Assembly: GCA_043228905.1 (NCBI GenBank)
Contig: JBHGNT010000017.1
Span: 12,214,001 to 12,278,000 of the forward strand
DNA: 64,000 nucleotides
Source of the DNA: Azolla caroliniana
Lineage: Eukaryota; Plantae; Polypodiophyta
Direction: 5' to 3'
Of the stretch, positions 1-13,174 are shown piece by piece. The notes below the pieces were generated by a model, which ran no database searches, was not told the origin of the DNA, and saw only the letters and a list, made by a program, of their open reading frames with translations. The first letter of the stretch is position 1. The number at the start of each line of letters is the position of its first letter. The position numbers and the translations under genes were made by a program.

Positions 1-1620
1 CTTTTTCCACACTTGTTCTAGAGACTTGGGTAGATGCATCGAAAAGCAAATGTGAGACCCAAGAGACGAAAGGTGGCGGCGAGGAAGTGAAGGCCGAAGC
101 TAACACATGCGAAGAAGAGGGAGACGTCAAGATGAAGAGGGTAGACGACGATGATGAAGAGACTTTCCCCACAAAAGTTCTTGAGACTTGGGCATTAACC
201 GATGTAAGACCCAAGAGATGGAAGTTGGTGGTGAAGAAGCAAAGATCAAAGCTAATGCAAACAACGATAAGGTGGAAGTGGCTAAGGGTAGCACGACAAA
301 GGCAATGGCAAACTACAAAATCATATAAATCCCTCCACACTCATTTGAGAGACTTGGGCATTAACCGATGTAAGACCCAAGAGAAGGACGGTGGCAGAAA
401 GGAAGCAAGGGTTGAAGCTAGTGCATGCAACAAGGAAGTCATGGTCAACTCCAAAGTATACCACGAAAGTAGAAAAAGTGAGAAGCATAAAATGTGTTCA
501 CTTAAGGACCTCGAGATGAGCATGCAGTTGAAGAATGAACCACTAAGTGTACTCAACAATAGTATTTCGATAAGGCAATTGAAAGGCATGCATGGAACAA
601 GAAGGGATGATAAAAGAAAGTTAGATGACCAAGGAGATGGTCGAGATGAAGGTGGCACATGCACAAAGCATGAAGCATTATGCTCTACAGGAGAAAAGGG
701 AGCCATGGCAACCACCCACGGAAATGCAAAGAGTGAGCGAAGAATATGGTGGATCAGATGGCAATGGTGGTTCGGGTATAAAGAAGAAACATCGATGAAG
801 TAGAATAATCAAAAGAGGAACCTCACTACAATTGGCACATACCAGTGGATGTGCAAGTTTGGTGAGGGTGAATGTCGTGTGGTTTGTCACACACAATATG
901 AAAACTAGTAAAATAAGTATTTAAGATTAGCTTAATGGATTGATATGGGAAGATAGATATCTTCAAGAGCTTCGTAACGCATTTTTCTATGCATGAAACG
1001 GATAAATAAGTATCAAGTTATGTGACTGTAAAGTTTGAGAATATTGGGAAAAACAAAATTGTGAGATATCCCACATAGATAGGACAACATTGGATCCCAT
1101 ATTATATAAGGAGAGCCAGAACCTATTACTTTATGTCTATGTGTGAAGCATAGAATGTTCAAGGTGACTTGGGCTAAACTGTGTGGATAAATGGCTCAAG
1201 TGATTTTGGGTCACGACGTATGGCCCGTTTGGGACATGCGCGTGTGTGCGGACGAGTGTGTGGATGCGTACACGGCTCGGTCGGGCACGTGCATGTGTGC
1301 GGATGCGTACATGGTACATGTGTGCGGATGCATCACAATGTACGGAAGCCATAAGACTAAAAAATCCTAATTTTCCCTACGAAAGCCATATCTCTCAAAA
1401 CCCCTAATTTTTCTTTTCTATTAATCTTACTAAACCTAAAACTTCTGAATCCCAATCTTGGGACATATTGTAATTTTTCTCTTTCTTTACTAATAAAATT
1501 TTTCAAACTTTGTCATATCAATTAATTCTTAATACAAAAATGCACGAATTTGATATCCTTTGGTAGTAGGGCCCGGGGTCCTGCCTCAAGTTCACGTGTC
1601 CTCGTCGTATTTTCGCGACA
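1..1620 (+). mobile_element. 3' part of an internally deleted Gypsy element related to family C; 3' LTR 873-1620
   Basis: ORF 87-803 has ETFPTKVLETWA, like ETFPTLDLETWA in family C gag. GTTTGGTGAGGGTGAA|TGTCG matches the family C PPT/LTR junction (GTTTGGTGGGGGTGGA|TGTCG). LTR ends CGCGACA and shares TGTGAGATATCCCACATAG with the family C LTR. Confidence 0.75.
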
Positions 1621-4600
1621 CTGGCTCCCCCTCCTTTGTCAACAATATTCTCTCTTCTTCCGGAAATCTCTAAGGGGGCTTCTCTCTCTTAGAGGGTATC
1701 TCCGTCTTTGTTCTTTGACCACTAGCTCCTCTGTCTATTCTTCATCCGAATCCGATTCGGGGTCTTGTCCGATTCGAGTGTCCAATTCTTCTTCAGTCGG
1801 TTCGGTTTTTTGTCTGAATTCAGTCGGTTCATCCTGGTCTTCGGCTGACATCCGACTTCCGACCGGATGTGTCCTTGCATCTTCCAACCGATCTATGTCG
1901 GTCGATTTGGAGTTCGTTATCTTCTTCTCCGACTCCTAGTCGGCAATAGTCTTGTCTTCCACGAAGACTATGTCTCAACTCTAGAAGACCTTCTTGTCGA
2001 CCAAGTCCCACACTTGTTAGCCAAACTCGTCATCATCGTATCCAAGGAATATGCAAGGTTGGGACATCGGATTCAATTTCACTCTCTTGTCCTTTGGAAC
2101 ATACACGTAAGCGAGACAACCAAATACCTTCAAATGCCGGTAAGACACGTCTTTACCTGTCCATACTCTCTGTGGTATGTCTCCATCCAAGGGTGTTGAG
2201 GGTGATCTATTTATCACATAAGTAGTTGTCATCAGCGCCTCAGCCCAAAACGTCTTGGATAACCTAGCATGTGCAAGCATGCTTCGGACTCTCTCCATCA
2301 TAGTCCGGTTCATCCTATCGGCAAGTCCATTGAGCTCCGGTTTCTTCGGCATGGTGAATTCGAGCCGGATTCCCTTCGACTGGCAGTACTTCTCGAACTA
2401 CCCCCAATATTTGCCTCCGTTATCCACTCGAACTGCCTTCAGCTCCCGGTCGGTTTCCCTTTCGATTCTCGCATGGAATTCCTTGAAGACGGATAATACC
2501 TGGTCCTTCTTCTTTAGTGGTGAGACCCACAGCTTCCGACTATGGTCATCTATGAACGTCACGAAGTACTGCGACCCAGCATGTGACTTCATGTCCACTT
2601 GGCATACTTCGGTATGCACAAGTTCTAGTGGTGTATTCCATCTCATCGGTGGTGTTTTCCGAAAGGAGGTTCGGTTTTGCTTGTCAGCCAAGCAGTTGGT
2701 GCATCTCTCAAGTTGCATGTCTTTCACCTCCGGAATAAGGTTGTCCTCGGCAAGTCTTTGCATTCCCTTCTGGCTCATGTGGCACAACCTCTTGTGCCAC
2801 AGCTCAACGGCAATGTCGGATGCCACGTTCACCTCTTCCTGGCATATCCAAGCATGCATCAGGTACAACGTGTTGATTTTCCGGGCTGGGGCCACGATCC
2901 TGCTTCCTTTGCTGAATTTCATGACTCCGTTCCAGATGCTAGCCGTGTAGCCCTTGTCATCCAGCCTACTGGCTGATATCAGGTTCAACCGAACCTCCGA
3001 AACGTGTTGGACATCTTTGAGTAGTAACTTGCACCCGGTTGACATCATCGGCATCACATCTCCTATGCCAACAATTCGGCATGCACCTTCATTCCCCATC
3101 CGGACACAACCGTGATCTCCAGCTCTGTAGGATGAGAAGCATTTCCGATCGGGGGTCAGATGGAACGATGCTCCGAAGTCGACCACCCATGTCGTTTCGT
3201 CACTGACAAGATGGAGCTCGCTCTCCTCAGTGATGAACAACATTTCTTCTTCACTTGTCACAATTGCCGACAATCCTCTTCTTTCCGAAATCTTCTTCGG
3301 TTCCGGAGTGTCAGTTCTTCTTTTGGCTTTCCGAAAGTGTTGGCAATTCTTCCGGAAGTGCCCCGACTTTCCGCCATAAAAGCAAGTGGGCCTCCCCCTT
3401 GACTTCGACCTCATCCCCGATTTGTCCCAGATCTAGGGACTCCGATTCCGGCCTCTTCCCTGGTTATTGTCATCTTCCGTAACCAAGGCCTTCGAATCAG
3501 TTTCGGACTCCCAGTCCTTCCGACGAGCTTCTTCATCCAGCAAGCTATATTTTACCCTTGCTAGGGATAGGTGTTTCCCTTCCGGCCCGACGTTGCCCAA
3601 AGTGACAACTAGCGTCTCCCAACTATCCAGGAGGGAACTGAGCAGCAGCAGCAGCGCGAGTACCTCATCAGCTAGAGGTACTTCCAACGAGGTTTTGGGG
3701 TTTATTAGCCCGTGGAAGGCATTCATGTGCTCTACCATACTGGATCCTTCTTGGTATCAGAGTCTCACTAACTTCCTGAATACTAAGACCCGATTCACAG
3801 CATTTTTGCTCTCCAACATGGTACCAATTTTCTCCCTAAGCACATGAGCCTAACTCTCTTCATTAAAGTTGTTGTACAGGCTCATGTCGATGAAGCATTG
3901 AATGTATGCCATTGTCTTCATATGCATCACCTCCCCATTCGCGGCATTGATTTTATCTGGTCTTTTGTCTCCAAACTGTACCGGAAGCCAGAGATCTTTA
4001 ACCACCAATATGTCCCTCATCTTCGACTTCCACACTAGGTAGTTGGAGATGGTGAGCTTGAACATGCCGCCGAATGGATCTTCCAATTTATTTTTTTGTT
4101 TGCTCTGATACTAGTTTGTTGAGAATCGTGCTCAACCACAACCGAGTTGCAAGTGCCAATGGAAGATTAACAGGAAATGAATCAATGCACTTACACAATC
4201 AAACGAGACGACACTGGATGTTAACGTGGAAAACTCTAATCGGGAAAAACCACGGGAGCCCACAAACTCTGAACTATACCACTAGAAAGAGGAGGGGTAC
4301 AATGGGAGACTCGGAGGTAACGACCTCGAGCTCTACCTTCGCCAACCGGCAGTTACAACAGATACAAGTTCTGTATCTCTCTCTCTCTCTGTGTCTCTCT
4401 CTGTAACTCTCTCTGTACAACAATAATAGTGATCACTCTATTGCCCTAGTTATATTTATACTTATATAACTTTAGGAATATTTACAAATATGACCTAAAA
4501 TAGTCACATCGGAACATATACATAAACTAATGTCTAACCGCATACCAAAACCGGATCCATCCGATCCAGTTTCTAGATCCATCCGGTCCAGTTCTTTCCT

Positions 4601-4668
4601 TTGGCTCGTCCGATCCGGCTTGTCATATTCTCATATGGATCCCATCCAGAGGGACCGAATTCCCAACA
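1621..4668 (-). mobile_element. Ty1/Copia element, 5' half (5' LTR 4117-4668, gag, protease, integrase), pseudogenised
   Basis: gag NYLVWKSKMRDILVVKDLW; decayed knuckle CFYGGKSGHFRKNC; protease WVVDFGASFH; GAG-pre-integrase LWHKRLCHMS; integrase FIDDHSRK and KVFGCLAYVYVP. Stops and frameshifts present. LTR termini TGTTGG...TCAACA on the minus strand. Confidence 0.93.
4102..4113 (-). promoter_or_regulatory. Primer-binding site, tRNA-iMet type (1 mismatch)
   Basis: Minus strand TAGTATCAGAGC versus canonical TGGTATCAGAGC, 3 nt from the LTR end. Confidence 0.85.
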
Positions 4669-6155
4669 CATCACATCCGGGAGCTCATAACAGAGAAAAA
4701 CCTTGATGTCTAGAAGGTAGATACCGAGGTAAATATCACCAACAGCCTGATGAAACCACTCCCAAAACAATGCTTCGGAGCACTAAGAGAGCATATGGGC
4801 CTACGACAAGCAACCAAGCAGTAAAGAGCCAAACTAATAGATGCAACAGGTAAGTAGAAGATCAGCCTGGCCGGACGAGCTGAAAAGGCAAAGTCGATGA
4901 AGCCAGAGGCTAAGTACGTAGTTGTGTGCAAGGAAATGGAATGGAAAGGAGAAGATCGAGGGACAAGTGGAGGCGAAGACCAATCCAGGATCCAACAAGG
5001 AGCATAGGAGCGAGCGCAAGTGGAGAGCCAGAGGAAGACTGTAGGCTGAAAGTCAGAATCGTACACGATCTAATCTAGACTCTAGTCCACTTGTAATTAT
5101 ACAACTTTAACTTTCCATCCAAATTGTAATCTAGGTTTATGGGAGAGATAACCCTAACAGATTGTATACCCATATAGAGTAGTCCTTTTATGGGGGAGTT
5201 TGTTGGCATACAAGGCCGACTCTACCCAATTGTATCTCTAGTGTGAACGCATGACCTAGTTAATGTTGGCATAAAAGACCAACCCTTCTCGAATTGTATC
5301 CTTAAGTGTGAACACGTCCTCAAGTTAGGGCTTGAGTATATAAGCCCAAATGTAACATTATAGATAGAGAGAGTTACAGAAGAGAATAACAATTTTCCAT
5401 TAGAGCTTCATCTGAGTTCTCTTGCCTCTTACTTTCCCTTATATTTTGCACATTCTATTTCTCTGTCTTGTACACGTTGTTTGCTTGCATCACCTTGCAA
5501 GTCCTCACATATTCTTCTGCCTATCAAATTTAACAATGAGGGCTTAACTATATATAAAGCCCAGCTAAGTCATTGTAATAGTGAGAGAGAGTTTTTGGAG
5601 GGAATAAGCAAGTTTGCCTTTGAGCTTAACTGAGTGCAACTGTCTGTGCTTCTTGATCCCTTAATCTTGTTAACAATGCATATTCATTCTTCTAGTTACT
5701 TGTACTGTTGTTTGTCTAACACCAATCTGCAGGTTCTCATCTTCTGTTGAATAACATCTCCATATTTATCAATTCTAATTGTAATTCAAAGTTAAATTGT
5801 GTTTAAGTTTATGGGGGAGATCACCCCTATATTGTTGTAACATTTAGGGTTGTCTTTTACGGGGGAGTTTGTTGGGATAAAAGTCCCACTCTACCCGTAT
5901 TGTATCTTCCTAGTGTGAGTTAGGGCTTAGTTACCCTTAGTATAAATATGGGGAACTAAGTCTTGTAAATGTGTTCGGATGGGTTTTGAATGTAAGAGTC
6001 TCTCTCTCTTTGTCTCTTGTGTAACTACCTCCTACTTCTTTCTGTGTATCTTGTCTTGTGATTAAACAGTACACAATACTTCTTACTTGCCTAATGTTTG
6101 CTTGTTCCTACTAACAAGATCCTTATACATACAATTGCAGTTTGATCTTGCATCA
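4669..6155 (+). mobile_element. 3' end of an older Copia element (RNase H C-terminus, 3' UTR, repeated PPT/LTR-like units)
   Basis: Translates HHIRELITEKNLDV*KVDTEVNITNSLMKPLPKQCFGALREHMG. GGGGGAGTT|TGTTGG junctions at ~5192-5206 and ~5861-5875. Last LTR-like unit ~5870-6155. Confidence 0.7.
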
Positions 6156-6179
6156 CCAAGAGAGGTCATCAACAAGTAG

Positions 6180-6470
6180 AAGTGTTGGATCCTATCAACC
6201 AATCTAAAAACGAGATCATCTAGTTGTAATAGAATTCATGAAAAGGAGTCAACGATGTCTAAAAGTTCTTTCTCATGGACTTCATTCTACAACATAAAAT
6301 TTGTGCGAGTGAAAAGCTACTGCATGTAGTCGTCCATCATATGTGTTGTGATTAGCAAGAGCAAAATCAAATGCATTGACAACTATGAAGAATCATTTTT
6401 CTAGATCAGCATGAATTAAAATAGCAACAAAAGGAAATTCTTGTTCTACATCAATAGACCAACAAATAAT
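6180..6470 (-). pseudogene. Highly degraded Gypsy RNase H fragment
   Basis: Minus strand fragments ILIHADLE and FIVVNAFDFALA resemble PILIHADP..FIVETDASDFALGA. Confidence 0.4.
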
Positions 6471-8030
6471 TTTGATTTTTTTTATTGTAAGTTGTGTGAG
6501 AGGCAAATCCTATCAAACATTGCACATCACATACAAAACAAGGTGTTTGCCAATCTAACCCCATTTTGTGTCATATTTATTGTTAAACGATTCAAGTTTA
6601 TCAATATGTTGATATCATGCATCATCAATTGAAAACAGACTCATTAGCTTACCTATAACCATCGAAACAATAAAACTATTAAAATTATAATTTGTTGCAC
6701 ATGAATGCAAGGCTTCAATACCAATAGGAACTCAATATAGTCACCATAGTACTTGTGATTAAAGGACCAATGTAGACATCATTATCAGAGATTGGATAAA
6801 GTTGCATGACTCAATAGAAACAATGTTGTCAATGCCAATCCCTCTACATTCTAGCTTCAACACAATTGCATGTATACCTTCGTGTTAGGATTGAAGAGTA
6901 TTTATACGCAGATAATAGCATTTTAAAGGGCTGAACCGTGATCTGATTTAGTTCTTTAGTTTTTGGCAAGCTTTTTAGTTCTTTATTATGGCTTTATATT
7001 GAACAAAAAAAACAAAAAAAAAGGAAAACCAATAGCACCTTAGATAAAAGCCAAATGTACCATATCAATTTGTGTTAACACTACCCATTCTCTCAAAAAA
7101 CGAACCATTTAGTAAAAAAACTACAAAAAGATAGATCTAACGGGCATTAAAAAAATGAATGCTTCTTTGTGCGCTAAAATAGTTTGGACAAATATTCTAA
7201 ATTTTGACCATTGATGAATTTAGTGCATTACAGAGATGGGAACATACTCATGGTATCCAAGAAATCATTTGTGAAGCAATCAGACACTCCGCTGCCATCA
7301 CAAGCGACGACAGATTTTATATATCTAGTGGATCGAATAAGACAAGGCCTCACGAGAGACTTGTTCAAGTGATACTAGATTACTGAGTAACCACCAAAAA
7401 GACTTTGGGTTTCGAATCTGTAAGGGAAATACAATCCCTTAAATGTAAGGTATAAACATCAAGAACAAAGAAAGCAAAGTGCAAGAACAGAGAATACCTA
7501 AAACAAGATATTTGTTTTACAATCTTTGAAACGGCCAATGCCAATCATTTGCCTGCATCAAAAAGTAAGATGAATTGCACACACTGGACATTGTAAAACT
7601 CATGTCTATAGAAAATTTGACGTGTATTTCTTGGATGATATATAATTGACCATGTGATTAGAGGCAACCCCTAAAGCTAATAATAACCCTGTTTTCAAGG
7701 AATACAGTTATTCTTTTGACCCTGTAGGTTAGCATAGTCCTTTGAAAATTACAATAACTAGCAATCACGATTCATTGGCTCTTTACTACACACACATATG
7801 TAGAAGGAAGAATCCAATAAGATCCTTTCATGGTACACACCCGGGATGATTAGATAACTCAATAATGCTTTACAATATCAATGTACAAAATCGTAAAAGA
7901 GGCATGGGGAAGCTACTACTGACCATGAAAGAACGTTACCTGTGTGAGAGTTGTGGGAAAAAATCATGCTATGGACACACGGTATCCAGAATAGAGAAAT
8001 TGGCTCCAGATCTTCCCAACACTTAGTTAA

Positions 8031-9541
8031 CTAAGCTTGGAGAACTTGGCAATGCAAAATATGGCTCTTCTTCCCCATTCGAGAGAACTTCGACCACAAG
8101 TCAGAAACAAATGACTTAAGTTGCCCTCTACCAGCAATGGTTTCCCATACTTGTTCCTTTTTTCCAGGTACCTCGGCATACGAGACATCAGCAATGCTCA
8201 TACTCATATTATTACGAACGATACACAATTTACCCCCAAGTGGTAGCAGAGCGATGGCCTCTACATCCTTTGAATTTCCCAAATGAGCCTTGCTGTCTAC
8301 CGACCTGCTCCAAGACTCACTTGAATCATCATAAACCCTAAGTTTGCAACCGTCGGGGCAATCGAGAGAATAAAGGTGTCCATGGAGAGAAGCACTAGGA
8401 TGATGCCATCCAGACACTAATCCATCTTCATCAGTCACCACCGACCAATGATCGGTTGCTGGCACATAAACTTTATTCATTACCTGTCGATTCGAGCTAA
8501 GACCCTTGAGAAACCATTTGCCACCATAGACAACTCCCACCAATGGCACCATAGCCACAGCCATATCAGCAATGAATGCCCATCGGTTCTTGTTAGGGTC
8601 ATACACTTCGGCTGATCTTAATAGATGCTGTGTGCCTTCACATTCCCCCCCAGCCACGTACAAGCAATTATTCATTACCCCACCCCCACAAAAGTGGCGG
8701 CGCCGCATCATATCTGCCGCTTTATGCCACTTGTTTGTCCTCGCATTGTAGAATACGACTCTCTTCATTGAACCATTTATAGGGTCCTTTCCACCAAATA
8801 AGAAGAGAAGGCACCCACTAAGCACCGCACATCCGAACCCAAGAGCTTCACAAAATTCGGGAGGAATTGGGGGAAGGGGTTGCCACATTTGGTGGACGGG
8901 ATCAAAAGCATGCCATCCAATCTTGTTGTCCCGATCACGTTTTATGACATATATCCACTCTTCAGCCATACCCAACTTATATCTCAAAGAGTAAAAGTAG
9001 TTATTACCCAATAGACGATACCACTTTTTACAAACAAGGCGGAGAAAAGAGTGGAAAATTCTAGGCACTCGGATTAAGCAATGAATGGCAAGGTCATCAG
9101 GAAGACCTGGTATATAAGCTGAAGGTGACTTATTTCTTTCTCTTAGTCTCAAGGATTTGCTTCTGGGGAGGCGCATGGACGCCTTCACACCTGTCTGGAT
9201 GCAATGCTTCGTTCCTGGCACACATCTCTTGACCTCTGAGAAAGAAAGATAGGAATCACCTCCGCAGTCACATGTCATAGAATCAACCTACATCATGCAT
9301 CATTCCCATGTGGTTAAGTTTTAAATGATGTTCCAAGAAACTGTACTGAGTTTATTTTAGCACATGTAGTAACTTCTCGGATAGCTTTCTGAGAAAGTAT
9401 ATTTAAAAAGGAAAGTTTAAGTGAATTTCGTTCTTTGATATATGGCCTTACCTGAGGCCGAGGAATTCCTTGACACATTACGTGGGTAGAATTGAGCTTC
9501 AACCCTTCATCGCAAAAATCACAAAGCTTTCCTGGATCCAT
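8031..9541 (-). CDS. F-box/Kelch-repeat protein, At1g55270 (SAGL1)-like; exons 9452-9541 and 8031-9287, ~448 aa
   Basis: F-box IPGLPDDLAIHCLIRVP; Kelch repeats FLFGGKDP, LYVAGGEC, AEVYDPNKNRW; C-terminus SHILHCQVLQA as in At1g55270. Phase-0 GT..AG intron 9288-9451 (CAG|GTAAGG ... GTAG|GTTGATTCT) precedes VDSMTC, matching the intron position I recall before VDSVSC in the Arabidopsis gene. Confidence 0.93.
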
Positions 9542-10079
9542 AAAGTGATTTTGATTTCAATAGTAGAATTACTATTTACACATACATACATCCACATATC
9601 AAGCATAGATTCAGTAATACAAGTGATTGGTGCATACATATGCGTATACATAGACACATCGACCATTGGATCCCTAACACATATGCATATGCATACACAT
9701 ATATGCATACGCATCCATATTCATAGGATCAAGATTCTGAATATGCATTTTAGTAGAAAAAAATGGCATACAAGAAAGAAGATGTTAGCTTAATGCTGGA
9801 TGATTGGTGTGTCGGGTGTCGTGTTGTGTAAGAAAATAGCATCACATTTACTCTACATAAATTGGGATGATTTCTGTGAGCCCAACAACAACCTGGTCCA
9901 GAAGCTCCAAAAAGGAATTAACAGAATTTGAAGAGGTAAAAGTGGTCATATCCAACGTGGGGCGGAAAAACATAGATAATATTCTCACAAAGTTGAATTA
10001 CGAGAGAGGCTAGAGCGAATGAAGTAATAATGTACCGATCGTCATGAGTGAGAATGTGTTGTGAGCTGTGTTGATGTCG

Positions 10080-10487
10080 AAGGCGATGGCGATGGCGATG
10101 GCGATCTCGCTCTCAGGCCGACTACACTGTTTCCCGTGAAGAGGGTAGAAGGAGAAGGAGAAGGAGAAGGAAAGGTGTGCATAGTGCAGTTATAGAGAAA
10201 GAGAAGAAGAAGAAGAAGAAGAAGAAGAAGAAGACGAGGAGGAGGTGGAGATATCTGTCTGTTTCTCTTTGTTCTCCATCATCATCAACGGTCCTTGCTC
10301 CTCCTCCTCCTCCTCCTCCTCGCCTTCTTCTTTCTGCTTCTTCTTCTTCTCCTTCCTTTATATTGAGAGCCAATCCCTTCGTCTTCTTCTTCTTCTTCTT
10401 CTTCTTCTTTTTACTTCTGCATCCTTTCATTAATAGTTGTCTCCTCCTCAATGACTCATTTATTTGTGGTGTTCACTGTTGGCTACG

Positions 10488-10558
<71 letters not shown>

Positions 10559-10560
10559 GT
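10080..10560. repeat. Microsatellite cluster: (GGCGAT)n, (GAA)n, (CCT)n, (CTT)n, (CT)n(AT)n upstream of the F-box gene
   Basis: Directly visible; typical of plant 5' UTR and promoter regions. Confidence 0.9.
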
Positions 10561-13174
10561 ATGTATACATATATACATACAGATATGTAGAATCTAGATA
10601 TGTATATGTCCATCCATCCAAAGAAAAGGAAGGCCATTGGATTTTATTTTTTTACTTTTTTTTTGTGGGGCTGTGGGGGTAAACACTTCCACTATGTTGA
10701 GGGGTTCCGTGAGTGGAACCACAAGACACCACCTCAACGGATTGAGGTGAGGGCCTTTCCCGACACGTAGAGAAGGCATCCATTGTAACACGTCCGCACA
10801 ACACACCACCTCAACCGATTGAGATGAGGGCCTTCTCGATAGGTAGAGAAGGCCCCGTGAGTCGTGGGCTTCTAAGTCTTCTTGACAGATGGAGTAGACG
10901 CGGCAATGCCCATCACTCACAAAAAGATTGGAAGTTGGATAGAGGGTGGTTGGGTAGTATTGTATGTTTAGCAGGTCCAAATACTTCATCTAAATCATCC
11001 TTCACGCACTTGAGTAGTGTTGGTCATGTGAGTCTGAGTCTGATTGGAGGTACACCCTACTCATAAAAAAATTCAATGGTGTAACCTAGGGGGGGGGGAG
11101 GACTTAAAACCTTTTCTTAACTTCCACGCCCTACCAACCATATATCAATCACCCATCCGTCACCCATTTTGAACCGCCAAGGCGCCACTTAGTTGCCTCA
11201 CGTGCCCATCTCTATCTCCCCATCCCCAATATGTATGAAGCATTTGCAGCCATTCAACCATGCTTTTGACCCTCTATTTTGCCAGCCTCACACAATTTCT
11301 TGAGGTCGTCATGCATGCATGCCATGTTAGGCCACTTAGGCACATGACTCTACTTTGTTTTAAAATTTATTGGTCAACCATGTTTAACTACATCCTCTTC
11401 TCTCTTTTTGGGTCCTTTGATAATGTTTCTAGACTTCCGAGGACGTAAACATTGACACCATCATCTCTCCATTCTCTTGTTTGCAAGCCTCGCAATTGCT
11501 TCTATATAGCTTACCTCAAATTTTCTTCAAACATGAGACAAGATGTTAGGGCTCCAACGAGGGAATTTATATCTTCCACACCGGCACAAGAGGTTTTCTC
11601 TCTCTTGTAACACGTTTATGGGGTTCCATCAATCATGCTTTTGGACTTGCGAGGACATTCAAACATATACATCATCAACTTTCTATCACCTTGTTTGTAA
11701 TTCCCACAATTGCTTCCCTTCAAACCTTACCCCAAACAAGTTCAATTGTACATATTTGCTTTCTCCACATTTTCAACCTTGACACATCCCTACACACATT
11801 TCTTTCCCATATGAAATTAAGGTGTTGCCAAGCTCATCACTTTGTTGATTATAGGTGAAAGCATACATAACTTGAGTGGACCATCTCCATAATAAAAGAA
11901 AAGCAATAATGTAGATTGCACTATTGGAATTTGTACATCATGTATCTTGGAGAGAAATATTCTATACTCCTAAAGCTTACGTTGGATACTCTTGAAATAG
12001 TGGTGATTGCTCCACACAAATGTTTTCTATAGTTTGGAGACATTCATCTTGAACATTAGTGTTTGAAAGTAGATAAATTAGCATGTTCGTGATATCATTC
12101 ATAACCTTACTAAGTTGACCCTTGATTTCTCAAGTAGTATTTAGCAAACCAAATGGGTATGTGCCACTCCTTAAAGTACATGACTTCTTAGATGAGACAT
12201 GCATCCCTTCTCTAACTCATCACTTATTAAATAAGCAATGTATCATTCTTGCTTAAAGTGTCCCATCCATTTGGAGTGTTTAAGATCCCTCCATCCAACA
12301 CAATTCCACACTACTCCAAAGTAAAATACACGCACGGTGCCTCTTGAAGATTAACGTGTTCTTCAATAAGTAACTAACTAGCCAACATGCACTATACTTA
12401 GGATTTTGGAAATTTTAACTTGACTTGTCAATGAATGAATCTTTGGCAACCATATATGGTCGCCAGACATGATATTCTTGCTCCATCTCACATCTTGTAA
12501 GGCTCATTTGAGCAAAACATATCATGTGATTGAGATTTAGTTAGATTTGGGTAGCCATCTTTAGGAACGAGCGATAAGTGAATTGCTTCAAACAACACGG
12601 TTTGGTCTGGAGTGGATATACCTTTTGAAACCAAATGTTCTTGAGCCTTTGCAACCTTACTATGATGACTTTCATAGTTCTATACTCATGGTATGCATTT
12701 TTCATGCTCTATAATTAGAACAACGTCTAAATGCTTGGGCATTGTGGAACTTGCAAAACAAAGTGCATATGAACCATTTACCATAGTATGGCTAACAAAA
12801 CTCCTGCCACATAATGTAGCCCTCAATCTTTTATCCAACATCAATCAGGATAATTGGCCAACAACATTCCTCCATCATTGGCTTTCCACTACTATTATTT
12901 TGTTTTGACGAATTTTCACAACAATATAAAACATGCCCCGTGATATGAAGTAAAACCTATTCCCTATGGGTTTATGCACCTACGCAATGTACATAAGTTG
13001 TCTTCTATAAGAAATCATAGAAAGGTTGTGTAAAGAATCGAGAGTGATTTTGTGCAGCGGAAGGATTGTGTGTGTGTGTGCACAAGAGAGAGTGAGAGCT
13101 CTAAACAAGAAACTTAATATTACATCCAACAATAACTAAGTTACAAATGGTTGGTTTAAATACCAACTGATCTA

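Noticed and set aside
10122-10682. Poly-K/F/S ORFs
   Set aside because: Translations of microsatellites
11400-13020. Possible degraded Gypsy gag/pol
   Set aside because: Only faint motif traces; boundaries and family cannot be supported
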